From an uncultured Gemmatimonadaceae bacterium (GTDB lineage: Bacteria > Gemmatimonadota > Gemmatimonadetes > Gemmatimonadales > Gemmatimonadaceae), in contig CAWHHI010000004.1 of the NCBI GenBank assembly GCA_963829055.1, positions 256,001 through 320,000 on the forward strand: DNA of 64,000 nt. The letters are read 5' to 3'. Of this stretch, positions 9,670 to 19,592 are shown piece after piece (the stretch's first letter is position 1; every line of letters starts with the position of its first letter). The notes beneath the pieces were generated by a model. The model was not told where the DNA came from. It did no database searches and was given only the letters and a program-made list of their open reading frames with translations. A program made the position numbers and the translations under genes.

Positions 9670-11352
9670 ATGTCTCGGACTCCTCTCTTTCGCCTCCTCC
9701 AGCGCTCGTACCGCGCTGCGTCGTACTCCATCACGCACGCCGAGCCCGTCGACGAGCTGCTCGACCGACGCGACGAGAGCCGCCGCGCCCGCGTCGCCCT
9801 TCAGGGCGAGCATGGGATGTCGCGCCGACAGTTCGTCGCCGGCACCGCCGCCGTTGCCGCCGTCGCCGCGCTCGACGCGTGTGCCCCTCGCGTGCCTTCC
9901 ACCGGCGGCGTCACCCCGCGCCCCGACGACAGCAGCTCACCGGTGCTCATCATCGGCGCGGGCATTGCCGGCCTCACCGCCGGGTATCGGCTCAGACAGG
10001 CCGGAGTGCCGGTGCGCATCATTGAAGCCCAGAACCGCATCGGCGGACGGATGTTTTCGCTGCGCAACTTCTTCGCCGACGGCCAGGTCTGCGAGCTCGG
10101 CGGCGAGTTGATCGACACGAACCAGACGCACATTCAAGCGTTGGCCGGGGAGCTCGGGATCCCGCTCGACGATCTCTCGAAGGACGACGCCCTCGTGCGG
10201 GACATGTTCTACTTCGACGGCGCGCTTCGCTCGGAGCGTGACGTCGTCGAGGCGTTCGTACCCGTCGCGCGTCGTGTCAGCGCCGAGCTCGCGACGCTCG
10301 GCGCCGACCCCGAGGTTGGCTATCAGACCGCTACGCCCGCAGCCGTCGCGCTCGACCGCATGTCGATCGCGCAGTGGCTCGACAAGGCCGGCGTGAACGG
10401 ATGGTTCCGCCGGCTTCTCGATGTCGCGTACACCACCGAGTACGGCCTCCCGACCGACCGCCAGTCGTCGCTCAACTTCCTGCTCATGATCGATCCCGAG
10501 CCGGATCCCTTCCGCATGTTCGGCGAGAGCGACGAGCGCTATCACGTGCATGCCGGCAACGATCTCATCCCCAAAACGCTCGCCGAGAAGCTGTCGGACG
10601 CGATCGAGACGAACACGGTGCTCGAGTCGATCGACCGTCGCTCGGACGGCAGGTACGTGTGCTCGCTCCGTCGCGGTTCGTCGAGCACCACGGCGACGGC
10701 GTCGCAGGTGCTCGTGGCGATCCCGTTCACACTGCTGCGCGACGTGCGGATCAACGTGCCGCTGCCCGCCCAGAAAAAGCGGGCGATCGCGGAGTTGGGC
10801 TACGGCACGAACGCGAAGCTCATGGTCGGATTTTCCTCACGCGTGTGGCGTGAGCGACTGAAGTCGAACGGCAGCACGCTCACCGACCTGCCATACCAGC
10901 TCACGTGGGAGACGAGTCGGGCGCAGTCGGGAAGTGCTGGCATCCTCACGAACTTCACAGGTGGCGCACACGGCGTGGAGCTGGGGCAGGGCACCGACTC
11001 CGAGCAGGCGGCGCGCATGGTCGCCGATCTGGAGCGCATCTTCCCTGGTGTGACGGCGGCACGCGCGGGGATGAAGGAGGTGCGGTTCCACTGGCCGTCG
11101 TTCCCCTGGACGCGCGGCAGCTACGCGAGCTACCTGACAGGCCAGTGGACTGCGTTCTCTGGCGCGGAAGGCGAAGCAGTGGAGGGACTCCACTTCGCGG
11201 GTGAGCACTGCTCGCGCGACGCGCAGGGTTTCATGGAGGGAGGATGCGAGACCGGAGAGCGCGCGGCGAAGGAGATCGCCGAGGCGCGCGGCAAGCGTGT
11301 TGGCAGCATTCGACGCTTCGAGCCTCGTCGCCTGCTCGTGGCGGCCCGGTGA
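9670..11352 (+). CDS. Flavin monoamine oxidase-family oxidoreductase, probably Tat-exported
   Basis: IIGAGIAGL, EAQNRIGGR, ELGGELID, HFAGEHC...GFMEGG; internal SRRQF Tat-like motif. Confidence 0.9.
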   Translation: MSRTPLFRLLQRSYRAASYSITHAEPVDELLDRRDESRRARVALQGEHGMSRRQFVAGTAAVAAVAALDACAPRVPSTGGVTPRPDDSSSPVLIIGAGIAGLTAGYRLRQAGVPVRIIEAQNRIGGRMFSLRNFFADGQVCELGGELIDTNQTHIQALAGELGIPLDDLSKDDALVRDMFYFDGALRSERDVVEAFVPVARRVSAELATLGADPEVGYQTATPAAVALDRMSIAQWLDKAGVNGWFRRLLDVAYTTEYGLPTDRQSSLNFLLMIDPEPDPFRMFGESDERYHVHAGNDLIPKTLAEKLSDAIETNTVLESIDRRSDGRYVCSLRRGSSSTTATASQVLVAIPFTLLRDVRINVPLPAQKKRAIAELGYGTNAKLMVGFSSRVWRERLKSNGSTLTDLPYQLTWETSRAQSGSAGILTNFTGGAHGVELGQGTDSEQAARMVADLERIFPGVTAARAGMKEVRFHWPSFPWTRGSYASYLTGQWTAFSGAEGEAVEGLHFAGEHCSRDAQGFMEGGCETGERAAKEIAEARGKRVGSIRRFEPRRLLVAAR

Positions 11353-11409
11353 GCCTCGGGCGGCCTAACGAGAGGTCCGACGCCGCATGAGTGGCGTCGG
11401 AGACGTCTG

Positions 11410-12264
11410 ATGAGGATTCTCTGCTGTCTCAACGCTGACGTGGTGAGCAACGTCGCGCTGAACCTGCTGCTGCCCGCGCTCGCGCCTCATGAAGTGCACG
11501 TCGCGCTGAGCGCGCGCGTTGGCGGTGGCGCCGATCATCTGGAACCGCCGCCTCGGCGCGAGCTGCGTGTGGCCGAGCAGGGTTTTGCGAACGACGTGCT
11601 GTTCCCGCTCGTGGAACGAGCAGGGTTCGCCGACGACGGACGGTACCTCACGTTCCGCGAGATCGAGCGCTATCGCGGCATCGCCGTCTCTCGACTCCCG
11701 AATCCTAACGATGCGGATGGCCTGACATTCGTTCAGCGGTTCGCACCGGACCTCGTGCTGTCGATTCGCTACGGCGGCATATTCAAGTCGGCCGTGATCG
11801 CGGTGCCGCGCCTTGGCGTGCTCAACCTCCACGCAGGGCTTCTCCCCGCCTACCGCGGCGTGATCGCGACGTTTCGTGCGCTCATGGCCGAAGATGAGGA
11901 GATTGGATGCACGCTCCACTACATCGCCGACGGGACCATCGACACCGGCCCCGTGGTTGGGCAGGCACGGGTAGCTGTCGATCGTGCGCGGTCGCTCTAC
12001 TGGCACGTGCTGTCGTTGTACCCGCCGGGTATCGCGATGATGGCGGATGCGCTGCGGCGGATCGCCGTCGGCGAAACGTTAGGCGTGGCGGCGCAGACCG
12101 GCGGCGCGTACTACTCGTACCCGAGCGCTGACGAGTGGAGCGAGTTCCTGCGACGAGGGTGGAGGGTCACCGATCCCAGTGACCTCCACGCGCTGATGCT
12201 CAGGTATCTCCCGCCTGCGGCAGCCGCCGCCGGTCCCCCCGAAGCACTCTCCGCTCATGCCTAA
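11410..12264 (+). CDS. Formyltransferase-family protein (N-terminal domain only)
   Basis: LNLHAGLLPAYRG, GCTLHYI, DTGPV. Confidence 0.85.
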   Translation: MRILCCLNADVVSNVALNLLLPALAPHEVHVALSARVGGGADHLEPPPRRELRVAEQGFANDVLFPLVERAGFADDGRYLTFREIERYRGIAVSRLPNPNDADGLTFVQRFAPDLVLSIRYGGIFKSAVIAVPRLGVLNLHAGLLPAYRGVIATFRALMAEDEEIGCTLHYIADGTIDTGPVVGQARVAVDRARSLYWHVLSLYPPGIAMMADALRRIAVGETLGVAAQTGGAYYSYPSADEWSEFLRRGWRVTDPSDLHALMLRYLPPAAAAAGPPEALSAHA

Positions 12265-13985
12265 CGCGTCGTCGGTTCGAGGCTCACCGTGTACCGTGGT
12301 TCGCCCGGCTGGATTGCGACTTCTCGCCATTGCAGCCGCGATCGGATCGCTCAGCACTGGAACGGCGACCATGACGCGTGCGATGCCGCAGACGTCCGCT
12401 CAGCAGGCGTCGGAGCCGACCGCGGCGGTTGCGATCATCCCTCGACCGGAGAGCCTGACAATCGGGCGGGGGCGCTTCAAGCTCTCGGCCGCTACGGTGA
12501 TCTACGCTGACGCCGCAACGGCGGACATCGCGCGGCGATTTGCGGCGTCGATCGCTCCCGCGACGGGGCTGTCGATCCCCGTTCGCGTTGGTACGACGCC
12601 CGGCGCCACCGGCATTGTCGTCTCGCGCAACGCACGCCTGACGCGACTCGGCGACGAAGGCTACGAAGTCACGGCGACAACGCGCCTGCTCACGATTCGC
12701 GCGCGCGAACGCGCCGGCGTTTTCTACGGACTTCAGACCGTGCGGCAGATGCTCCCGCCAGAAATTTTCCGCGAGGCGCGCGTGGATAGCGTCTCGTGGA
12801 GCATTCCGGCCGTCCGGATCACGGATCGCCCGCGGTTCACGTGGCGCGGCGCCCACCTCGATGTCGGCCGGCACTTCATGCCGAAGGAGTTCGTGAAGAA
12901 GTACATCGACCTCCTCGCGCTCCAGAAGATGAACCGCTTCCACTGGCATCTCACGGAGGATCAGGGCTGGCGCATCGAGATCCTCAAGTATCCGCGCCTA
13001 ACGCAGGTCGGTGCCTGGCGGACGCAGACGGTCGTGGGACATCAGCAGAGTGGCGACTCGACGGCGTGGCAGTACGACGGGCAGAAGCACGGCGGCTTCT
13101 ACACGCAGGACGATGTGCGGGAGATCGTCGCGTACGCGCGCGACCGCTTCGTGACCGTCGTGCCGGAGATCGAGATGCCCGGGCACGCGCTCGCGGCCAT
13201 CGCCGCGTATCCGCAGCTCGGGGTGACGGGCACGTCGGCAGATGTCGGAATGCGATGGGGCGTGTACGCGAACATCCTCAATGCCGACGAATCCACCGTC
13301 ACGTTCATGCAGGACGTGCTCACGGAAGTCATGGCGCTGTTTCCCGGACCATTCATTCACATCGGCGGCGACGAGGCCGACAAGGCGCTCTGGAAAACAA
13401 CCCCGCGGATTCAGGATCGCATTCGCGAGCTCGGGCTCAAGGACGAGCACGAGCTGCAGAGCTGGTTCATCCGCCGTATGGATGCGTTTCTCGCCCAGCA
13501 TGGACGCCGACTCGTCGGGTGGGACGAGATTCTCGAGGGTGGTCTCGCGGAGGGCGCGACGGTGATGTCGTGGCGCGGGACCAAAGGCGGCATCGACGCG
13601 GCGCGCGCTGGCCACGATGTCGTGATGGCTCCAACGGGCAATACGTACCTCGATTACTACCAATCCCGCAACACGACGGGCGAGCCACTCGCGATAGGCG
13701 GCTTCCTGCCGCTCGAGACGGTGTACGCGTTCGAGCCCGTGCCGGCCGACCTCGAGCCGCAGTTTCGCGCTCACATCCTCGGTGCCCAGGGCCAGCTGTG
13801 GACGGAGTACATGCCGGGGCCGAAGCAGGTGGAGTACATGGCGTTCCCGCGCCTAACGGCACTGGCGGAAGTGCTGTGGACTGTGCCGGAGCGGAAGGAC
13901 TACGGCGACTTCCTCACGCGGTTGGACGAGCATCTGCGGACGGCTCGCGATGCTCGACGTGGCGTATCGACCTGTTGGGCCATAG
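12257..13985 (+). CDS. Beta-N-acetylhexosaminidase, GH20 (frameshift near 13940)
   Basis: DRPRFTWRGAHLDVGRHF, HWHLTEDQGWR, HIGGDEA, QLWTEY; alternative frame gives RLAMLDVAYRPVGP-stop at 13985. Confidence 0.93.
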
Positions 13986-14058
13986 AGGCTGAGGAAGGAG
14001 GCCTGAGGAAGGAGGCCAGGCAACGCCGTGATCCGCGGCCGCGTACGAGAAGTCAGTG

Positions 14059-14093
14059 GTTCCCAGTCCCCAGTCCCTAGTCCCCAGTCCCCA
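14059..14093. repeat. Heptamer tandem array (CCCCAGT)n
   Basis: gttcccagtccccagtccctagtccccagtcccca directly before the M28 ATG. Confidence 0.8.
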
Positions 14094-15668
14094 ATGCACA
14101 CACTTCGTCATTCGTTCATCGCCCTCGCGTTGCTCGCTGCGCCGCTTGCCGCGCAGGAAAAGATCGACGCCGACGCCCTCAACCGGATCAAGACCGAAGA
14201 GCAGAATCGCTCGCAGGTCATGGAGATCGCCAGCTGGCTCACCGACGTCTACGGCGCGCGGCTCACCGGGTCGCCGAGCGCGAAGGCGGCCGGCGACTGG
14301 ACGGTGAAAAAGCTGAACGACTGGGGAATGGCGAACGCCAAGATGGAATCCTGGGGCCCGTTCGGACGTGGCTGGTCGAACGAGCGTATGGTCGCGCAGG
14401 TCGTCTCCCCGCGGCCGTTCCCCATCATCGCGTACCCGGCAGCGTGGACGCCGGGAACGAATGGCCCCGTGAAAGCGGAAGTCACCCTGATGAAGGCGGA
14501 CAGCGCGCCGGATCTCGAGAAGTACCGAGGGAAGCTTCGCGGCAAGATCGTGTTCACCCAGGCGCCGCGCGATTCGGTCCCGCCGCATTTCACCGCGGAC
14601 GCCTCGCGCCTCGCGGACTCGTCGCTCTCGAAGATGGCGGAAGTGCCGTTCACCGCTGACCCGCCGCGTGCCCAGGGTGGTCCGGGAGGGCCAAACGCCG
14701 GCAACAATCCGCAGGCGAATCGCTTCCAGGCGGCGCGCGCTTTTCAGCAGGCGCTCTCCTCGTTCCTCGTGGATGAAGGTGTGGTCGCCGTCGTCACACC
14801 CGGTCGCGGCGATGACGGGACGGTCTTCAGCGGTGCGAGCGGCTCACGCGATCCGAGCAACCCGACCAAGGTGCCGGGGCTGATCTTCTCGACCGAGCAC
14901 TATGGACGCATCGCGCGCATGGTCGAGAAGGGCGTACCGGTGACGGTGGAGCTCGACGTGAAGAACACGTTCTACGACGACAACCAGAACTCCTTCAACA
15001 TCGTCGCCGAGATCCCCGGGACCGATCCGAAGTTGAAGGACGAAGTCGTCATGCTCGGCGCCCACTTCGATTCGTGGCACACTGGCACTGGCGCGACGGA
15101 CAACGCGGCCGGATCAGCGGTGATGCTGGAAGCGCTTCGCCTGATCAAGGCGACGGGGCTCAAACCACGCCGCACGATTCGCATCGGTCTCTGGACCGGT
15201 GAGGAAGAAGGGCTCCTCGGTTCCCGCGCGTACGTGAAGGAGCACTTCGGCGATCCGCAGACGATGCAGCTCAAGCAGCCGGTGCACGAACGCTTTGCCG
15301 GCTACTTCAACGTCGACAACGGCACCGGCGCCATTCGTGGCGTCTACCTGCAGAAGAACGAGGCGGTCGCGCCGATCTTCAAGTCGTGGATGGCGGCGTT
15401 CAATGATCCGCGTCTCAAGACGGTCACCGCGAGCAACACGGGCGGCACGGACCACCTGTCATTCGATGCCGTCGGCCTTCCGGGCTTCCAGTTCATTCAG
15501 GATCCGGTCGACTACGGCTCGCGGACGCACCACTCGAACATGGATCTCTACGAGCGCCTGATCCCGGACGACATGAAGCACAACGCGGCGGTGGTGGCGG
15601 CGTTCGTGTATCTCACGGCGAATCGCGATCAGAAGCTGCCGCGCAAGGCGGCGCCGACGGTGCAATAG
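14094..15668 (+). CDS. M28-family aminopeptidase / carboxypeptidase Q-like
   Basis: Signal peptide; GAHFDSW, GATDNAAG, GEEEGLLGS, GGTDHLSF, THHSNMD. Confidence 0.93.
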   Translation: MHTLRHSFIALALLAAPLAAQEKIDADALNRIKTEEQNRSQVMEIASWLTDVYGARLTGSPSAKAAGDWTVKKLNDWGMANAKMESWGPFGRGWSNERMVAQVVSPRPFPIIAYPAAWTPGTNGPVKAEVTLMKADSAPDLEKYRGKLRGKIVFTQAPRDSVPPHFTADASRLADSSLSKMAEVPFTADPPRAQGGPGGPNAGNNPQANRFQAARAFQQALSSFLVDEGVVAVVTPGRGDDGTVFSGASGSRDPSNPTKVPGLIFSTEHYGRIARMVEKGVPVTVELDVKNTFYDDNQNSFNIVAEIPGTDPKLKDEVVMLGAHFDSWHTGTGATDNAAGSAVMLEALRLIKATGLKPRRTIRIGLWTGEEEGLLGSRAYVKEHFGDPQTMQLKQPVHERFAGYFNVDNGTGAIRGVYLQKNEAVAPIFKSWMAAFNDPRLKTVTASNTGGTDHLSFDAVGLPGFQFIQDPVDYGSRTHHSNMDLYERLIPDDMKHNAAVVAAFVYLTANRDQKLPRKAAPTVQ

Positions 15669-15696
15669 CGAGGCGGACGGCGGACGGCGGAAGACC

Positions 15697-15798
15697 TGTC
15701 ATCCCGAGGAGTGAAACGACGAGGGACCTTCTGAACAACCGTGGCCAGATCAGCTACGATGGCTTCACAGAGGGTCCCTCGCTGGCGCTCGGGATGAC
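15697..15798. repeat. REP-like element, subfamily A, flanked by inverted heptamer arrays
   Basis: tgtcatcccgagg...ctcgggatgac; (GGCGGAC)n on left, (CCGCCCT/CCGCCGT)n on right. Confidence 0.85.
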
Positions 15799-15840
15799 CA
15801 ACACCTCTCACCGCCCTCCGCCGTCCGCCCTCCGGCCCGG

Positions 15841-16119
15841 CTATTCGTAGTACGCCTTGATACACGCGGTAACCAGCTCGTCGAGACGACGATGCCCTGA
15901 GCCGCTGGAATGTGGGGTGTTCGCGGTCCCGCCGACGTCGAACCACGTCGCCTTGAGCGCCACGAGTAACTCCTCCGCGCGAACGCCGCGCTCGCGCGCC
16001 TCGATCGCGGCAGCACGCAGCGCGTCGCCAAGCGCCGCGCCATCGGAACCCTTCCCATGCACCCAGTGCTCCAGTGTCTCGCGGAGCCGCGCTACTGCTT
16101 CCGGCGAGAGCGAAGCCAT
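15841..16119 (-). CDS. Small hypothetical helical protein
   Basis: MASLSPEAVARLRE...EARERGVRAEELLVALKATW...LVTACIKAYYE; coherent composition; start uncertain. Confidence 0.6.
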   Translation of the reverse strand: MASLSPEAVARLRETLEHWVHGKGSDGAALGDALRAAAIEARERGVRAEELLVALKATWFDVGGTANTPHSSGSGHRRLDELVTACIKAYYE

Positions 16120-16545
16120 TGGTGACTGATCCTTGGTCGATTCGTTCAAACTCATTGCACCTGAAACCGCCGCACCGCGGATGGGGGTCATGGGATCGGC
16201 GACCGACCCGGACAGCGGCCAGCGCTGTCGGTCAGCCGCAAACATATGACGCTCAATCCTGCGACTCCGCGCTCCCCGCGTCAAGCCATCCCGGGTTGCA
16301 ACCCAATCGATGTCTGGTGGCGTAGCCGAAGCGTGATCGCTGGCGCCAGGCCGCTGCCGGACTCAGGGGCGCGCGTTGGCCGAACGGTCGCCTCGGCCGA
16401 TCGAGCCTAACGAGAAACCGCTCGGGAACATCGGACCGACGTCATTCCGGATCCCCTCGGCCACACGATCGGCGAGCGCCATGATCGTGAGGTACATGCC
16501 GCTTGAGTCCTCGCGATCGACCGTCTGAACTCGCGTGACAAGCTA

Positions 16546-17010
16546 CTACTGCTCGGCTCCGGAGCGCGCTGCCTCTTCCGCGTGGCGTTTGATCCGCCCG
16601 AGCATCGCATTCAAGCCCACTTCGCGCGTACCGAGTCCGAGACTGTCCATGATGGTGCGAACGAAGTCCTCAGGGATCGCGAGCGTCGTCTCGGGCGGCT
16701 CGTCGTTGATCGCGCTGAACAGGATGCTGAGGAACGCCGCGATCGTCGGTGACTGACGCGTGTTGACGTCCGCATAGAAGTGCAGTTTCCCGTCGTGATA
16801 CTCCGGGAAAAGATCGACGCGCGTCTGGCACTCGGGCACCGTGAACGCACCGCGGTCGAGCGCCAGGAATCGCTCCGGGACCGGCTCGAGCTTCTTCGCG
16901 TACTGCACGAGCGCCTGCATTTTCTCCTCCCGTCCCAGCGCGCGAAATCGGCGCAGGACGCGCTCGATGGATGGCGGGATCGTTGGCTGCTGCGTGGAAT
17001 CGGGAGTCAC
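16546..17010 (-). CDS. sufE: SufE-family Fe-S sulfur acceptor
   Basis: VPECQTRV, LHFYAD, LGLGTREVGLNAML. Confidence 0.85.
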   Translation of the reverse strand: MTPDSTQQPTIPPSIERVLRRFRALGREEKMQALVQYAKKLEPVPERFLALDRGAFTVPECQTRVDLFPEYHDGKLHFYADVNTRQSPTIAAFLSILFSAINDEPPETTLAIPEDFVRTIMDSLGLGTREVGLNAMLGRIKRHAEEAARSGAEQ

Positions 17011-17054
17011 GCCAAAAAGAATAAACGACGATACGGTTGCACGTTGTGCCGCAC

Positions 17055-17086
17055 TTGACGCCGCTAATTAATCGTTTAATTAATAC
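17055..17086 (+). promoter_or_regulatory. TTGACG -35 element and AT-rich palindromic operator
   Basis: TAATTAA-tcgt-TTAATTA at 17065-17082, 8 bp before the TetR start. Confidence 0.7.
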
Positions 17087-17089
17087 AGC

Positions 17090-17728
17090 GTGACCGCACC
17101 GACACAGACCTCCGACCTCATCCTCGATGCCGCCGAGCGGTTGTTCGCTCGGCAGGGATTCACGGCGACGACCATCAAGCAGATCGGCAAAGAGGCCAAC
17201 GTGAATCCCGCACTCCTTTACTACTACTACGACAGCAAGGAGACGCTCTACCGGGCGATGCTCCAGCGCATACTCGGCCAGCTGCTGGCGCGCGGGACGG
17301 ACGCCATGCAGCGGGCCACCTCCCACGCCGAACGCATTCGCGCCTTCGTACGCGCTCAGGTGAAGCTCCTCGCCGAGCACCCGCACTTTCCGCAGCTGTT
17401 CGTCCGCGAGATGATCGACCACCAGGCCGCACACGCCGAACAAGCGTTCACCGGCACAGCCGCCGCGGCGTTCAAAGGACTGTGTGAGGTCATCGAGGCG
17501 GGGCAGCGGGACGGCGTATTTCGCCGTTCGCTCGACCCGAGGTTCGCGGCCATCTCGACCATCGCGCAGATCGCGTACTTCGTCATCGCGCGGCCTGCCG
17601 TCGGATTGCTGCTGGGCCACGGCACGGACGGTCCTCCGCCAGAATTATCGGAGTTGTTCTTCGCCCATGCCGAGGCGTTCGCGCTCGATGCTCTTCTGGT
17701 GGATCGCGCGGAGGACGCACTCTCATGA
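17090..17728 (+). CDS. TetR/AcrR-family regulator
   Basis: ILDAAERLFARQGFTATTIKQIGKEANVNPALLYYYY HTH. Confidence 0.93.
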   Translation: MTAPTQTSDLILDAAERLFARQGFTATTIKQIGKEANVNPALLYYYYDSKETLYRAMLQRILGQLLARGTDAMQRATSHAERIRAFVRAQVKLLAEHPHFPQLFVREMIDHQAAHAEQAFTGTAAAAFKGLCEVIEAGQRDGVFRRSLDPRFAAISTIAQIAYFVIARPAVGLLLGHGTDGPPPELSELFFAHAEAFALDALLVDRAEDALS

Positions 17729-18750
17729 CGCCCACCTCGGCGCTCCAGCGCTCGCTGGCGCGGCTGCCTGCGTTAGGCGCAATCATCGGTGCGACGATGC
17801 TGGCAACGGTGATTGCGTGCTCGCGCAAGGCGACGAACCAGCTGACCGCCGATGGCACGATCGAGCTGACGCAGGTGGACGTCGCGCCATTCGTGTCGGG
17901 CCGCGTGGTAGCCGTGCGCGTAGACGAAGGCGGCAGCGTTCATCGCGGGGATACGCTCGTCATCCTCGCGCAGTCCGCGTTACCGGCGGACATCGACCAG
18001 CGCCGCTCGCGCGTCGTGTCGGCTGAAGCTCGACTGCGTGACCTGCAGGCCGGGGCACGTCCCGCCGAGGTGGAGCGGGCCGAAGCCGATCTCCGGTCAG
18101 CGACCGCGGAAGCCGACCGCGCGGAGCGGGAGCGAGCGCGCCTGGAACCGCTCGTGGCCGCGGCGACGATCAGTCGATCGCAATACGATGCGGCGGTGAC
18201 GGCGGCGCGAGCGGCGGCGGCGCGTCGCGATGCGGCGGCCGAGGCGGTGCACCTGCTTCGTCAGGGTGCGCGGCCCGCGCAGCTAGCGGGTGCGCAGGCC
18301 GAAGTCGAGACTGCGCGCGGGGCACTGGCCGCGGGGCGAGCGACCGAGGGTGACCTCGTGCTCACCGCACCGCTGGATGCAACGGTGCTCGGCCGGTACG
18401 TGGAGCCGGGTGAGATCGTCGGCGCGGGACAGGTCGCCATCACGTTAGGTGACACCAGGCGGCCATGGGTTCGCGTGTACCTGTCCGCGCCGGCAGTGCC
18501 GTTCGTGAGAGTGGGACAGGCGGCTCGCGTGACGGTGCAGGGGCTCGGCGATCGCTTCGCACCGGCGCGCGTCGCGACGGTGGCGACGCAGGCCGAGTTC
18601 ACCCCGCGCGTCGCGCTCACGGACAAGGAGCGTGCGGATCTGCTGTTCGGCGTGAAGCTCGACATCCAGGATACGACTGGCACATTCAAGCCCGGGCTGC
18701 CTGCCACCGTCACGATAGACACCTCGTCTGCCGGACGGCGCGCGCCATGA
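17725..18750 (+). CDS. HlyD-family membrane fusion protein (YbhG-like)
   Basis: GTIELTQVDVAPFVSGRV, coiled hairpin, AEFTPR, FKPGLPA. Confidence 0.9.
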   Translation: MTPTSALQRSLARLPALGAIIGATMLATVIACSRKATNQLTADGTIELTQVDVAPFVSGRVVAVRVDEGGSVHRGDTLVILAQSALPADIDQRRSRVVSAEARLRDLQAGARPAEVERAEADLRSATAEADRAERERARLEPLVAAATISRSQYDAAVTAARAAAARRDAAAEAVHLLRQGARPAQLAGAQAEVETARGALAAGRATEGDLVLTAPLDATVLGRYVEPGEIVGAGQVAITLGDTRRPWVRVYLSAPAVPFVRVGQAARVTVQGLGDRFAPARVATVATQAEFTPRVALTDKERADLLFGVKLDIQDTTGTFKPGLPATVTIDTSSAGRRAP

Positions 18751-19592
18751 CCGAACCTCATGGCGTCGCGATGCTGGAGTCCTCCGACGGCGCTGGCGGG
18801 CCGGCGGTCCAGACGGAACGCCTCCGCAAGACGTTCGGCGCGCTCGTGGCCGTCGACGCGCTCGACCTGACGATTCACCGCGGCGAGGTGTTCGGGCTGC
18901 TCGGGCCTAACGGGTCCGGCAAGACGACGACGATTCGCATGCTGTGTGGCCTCATGGCGCCGACGTCCGGGCGCGCCCAGGTTGCCGGCATCGACGTCGC
19001 GGAAGATCCGGAAGGCGTTAGGCACCGGATCGGCTACATGTCGCAGAAGTTCGGGTTGTACGACGACCTCACGGTGCAGGAGAACCTCCGGTTCTACGCG
19101 TCGGTGTACGGTCTTCGTGGCGCGGAACGCGTGGCGCGCGTGAAGGAGCAGCTCCACGACCTTGGTCTGGAGGAGCGACAGCATCAGCTCGCGGGCACGT
19201 TGAGCGGCGGCTGGAAGCAACGACTCGCGCTCGCGTCGGCTACATCGCACAAGCCGGAGGTGCTGTTCCTCGACGAGCCCACCGCGGGCGTCGATCCGGC
19301 GTCGCGACGGTTGTTCTGGGACTGGATCTACGCGCTCGCGAAGTCGGGCACGACGATTCTCGTGACGACGCACTATATGGACGAGGCGGCGCGTTGCAGT
19401 CGTCTCGCGTTCCTCTCACGGGGCCACCTGATTGCCGTGGGCACTCAGGAGGAGATCACGCGACACTTCGGAACGGAGACGGTCGAGGACGCGTTCATCG
19501 AGCTGCAGCGGCGGGACGAAACGCCGGAGGGCGGCAAACGTCCGGACGGCGGAAGGCGGCCCGCGGAAGGCGGAGGGAGCAATCGTGCCTAA
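18747..19592 (+). CDS. ABC transporter ATP-binding protein
   Basis: Walker A GPNGSGKT, LSGGWKQR, LFLDEPT, TTHYMDEA. Confidence 0.95.
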   Translation: MTEPHGVAMLESSDGAGGPAVQTERLRKTFGALVAVDALDLTIHRGEVFGLLGPNGSGKTTTIRMLCGLMAPTSGRAQVAGIDVAEDPEGVRHRIGYMSQKFGLYDDLTVQENLRFYASVYGLRGAERVARVKEQLHDLGLEERQHQLAGTLSGGWKQRLALASATSHKPEVLFLDEPTAGVDPASRRLFWDWIYALAKSGTTILVTTHYMDEAARCSRLAFLSRGHLIAVGTQEEITRHFGTETVEDAFIELQRRDETPEGGKRPDGGRRPAEGGGSNRA

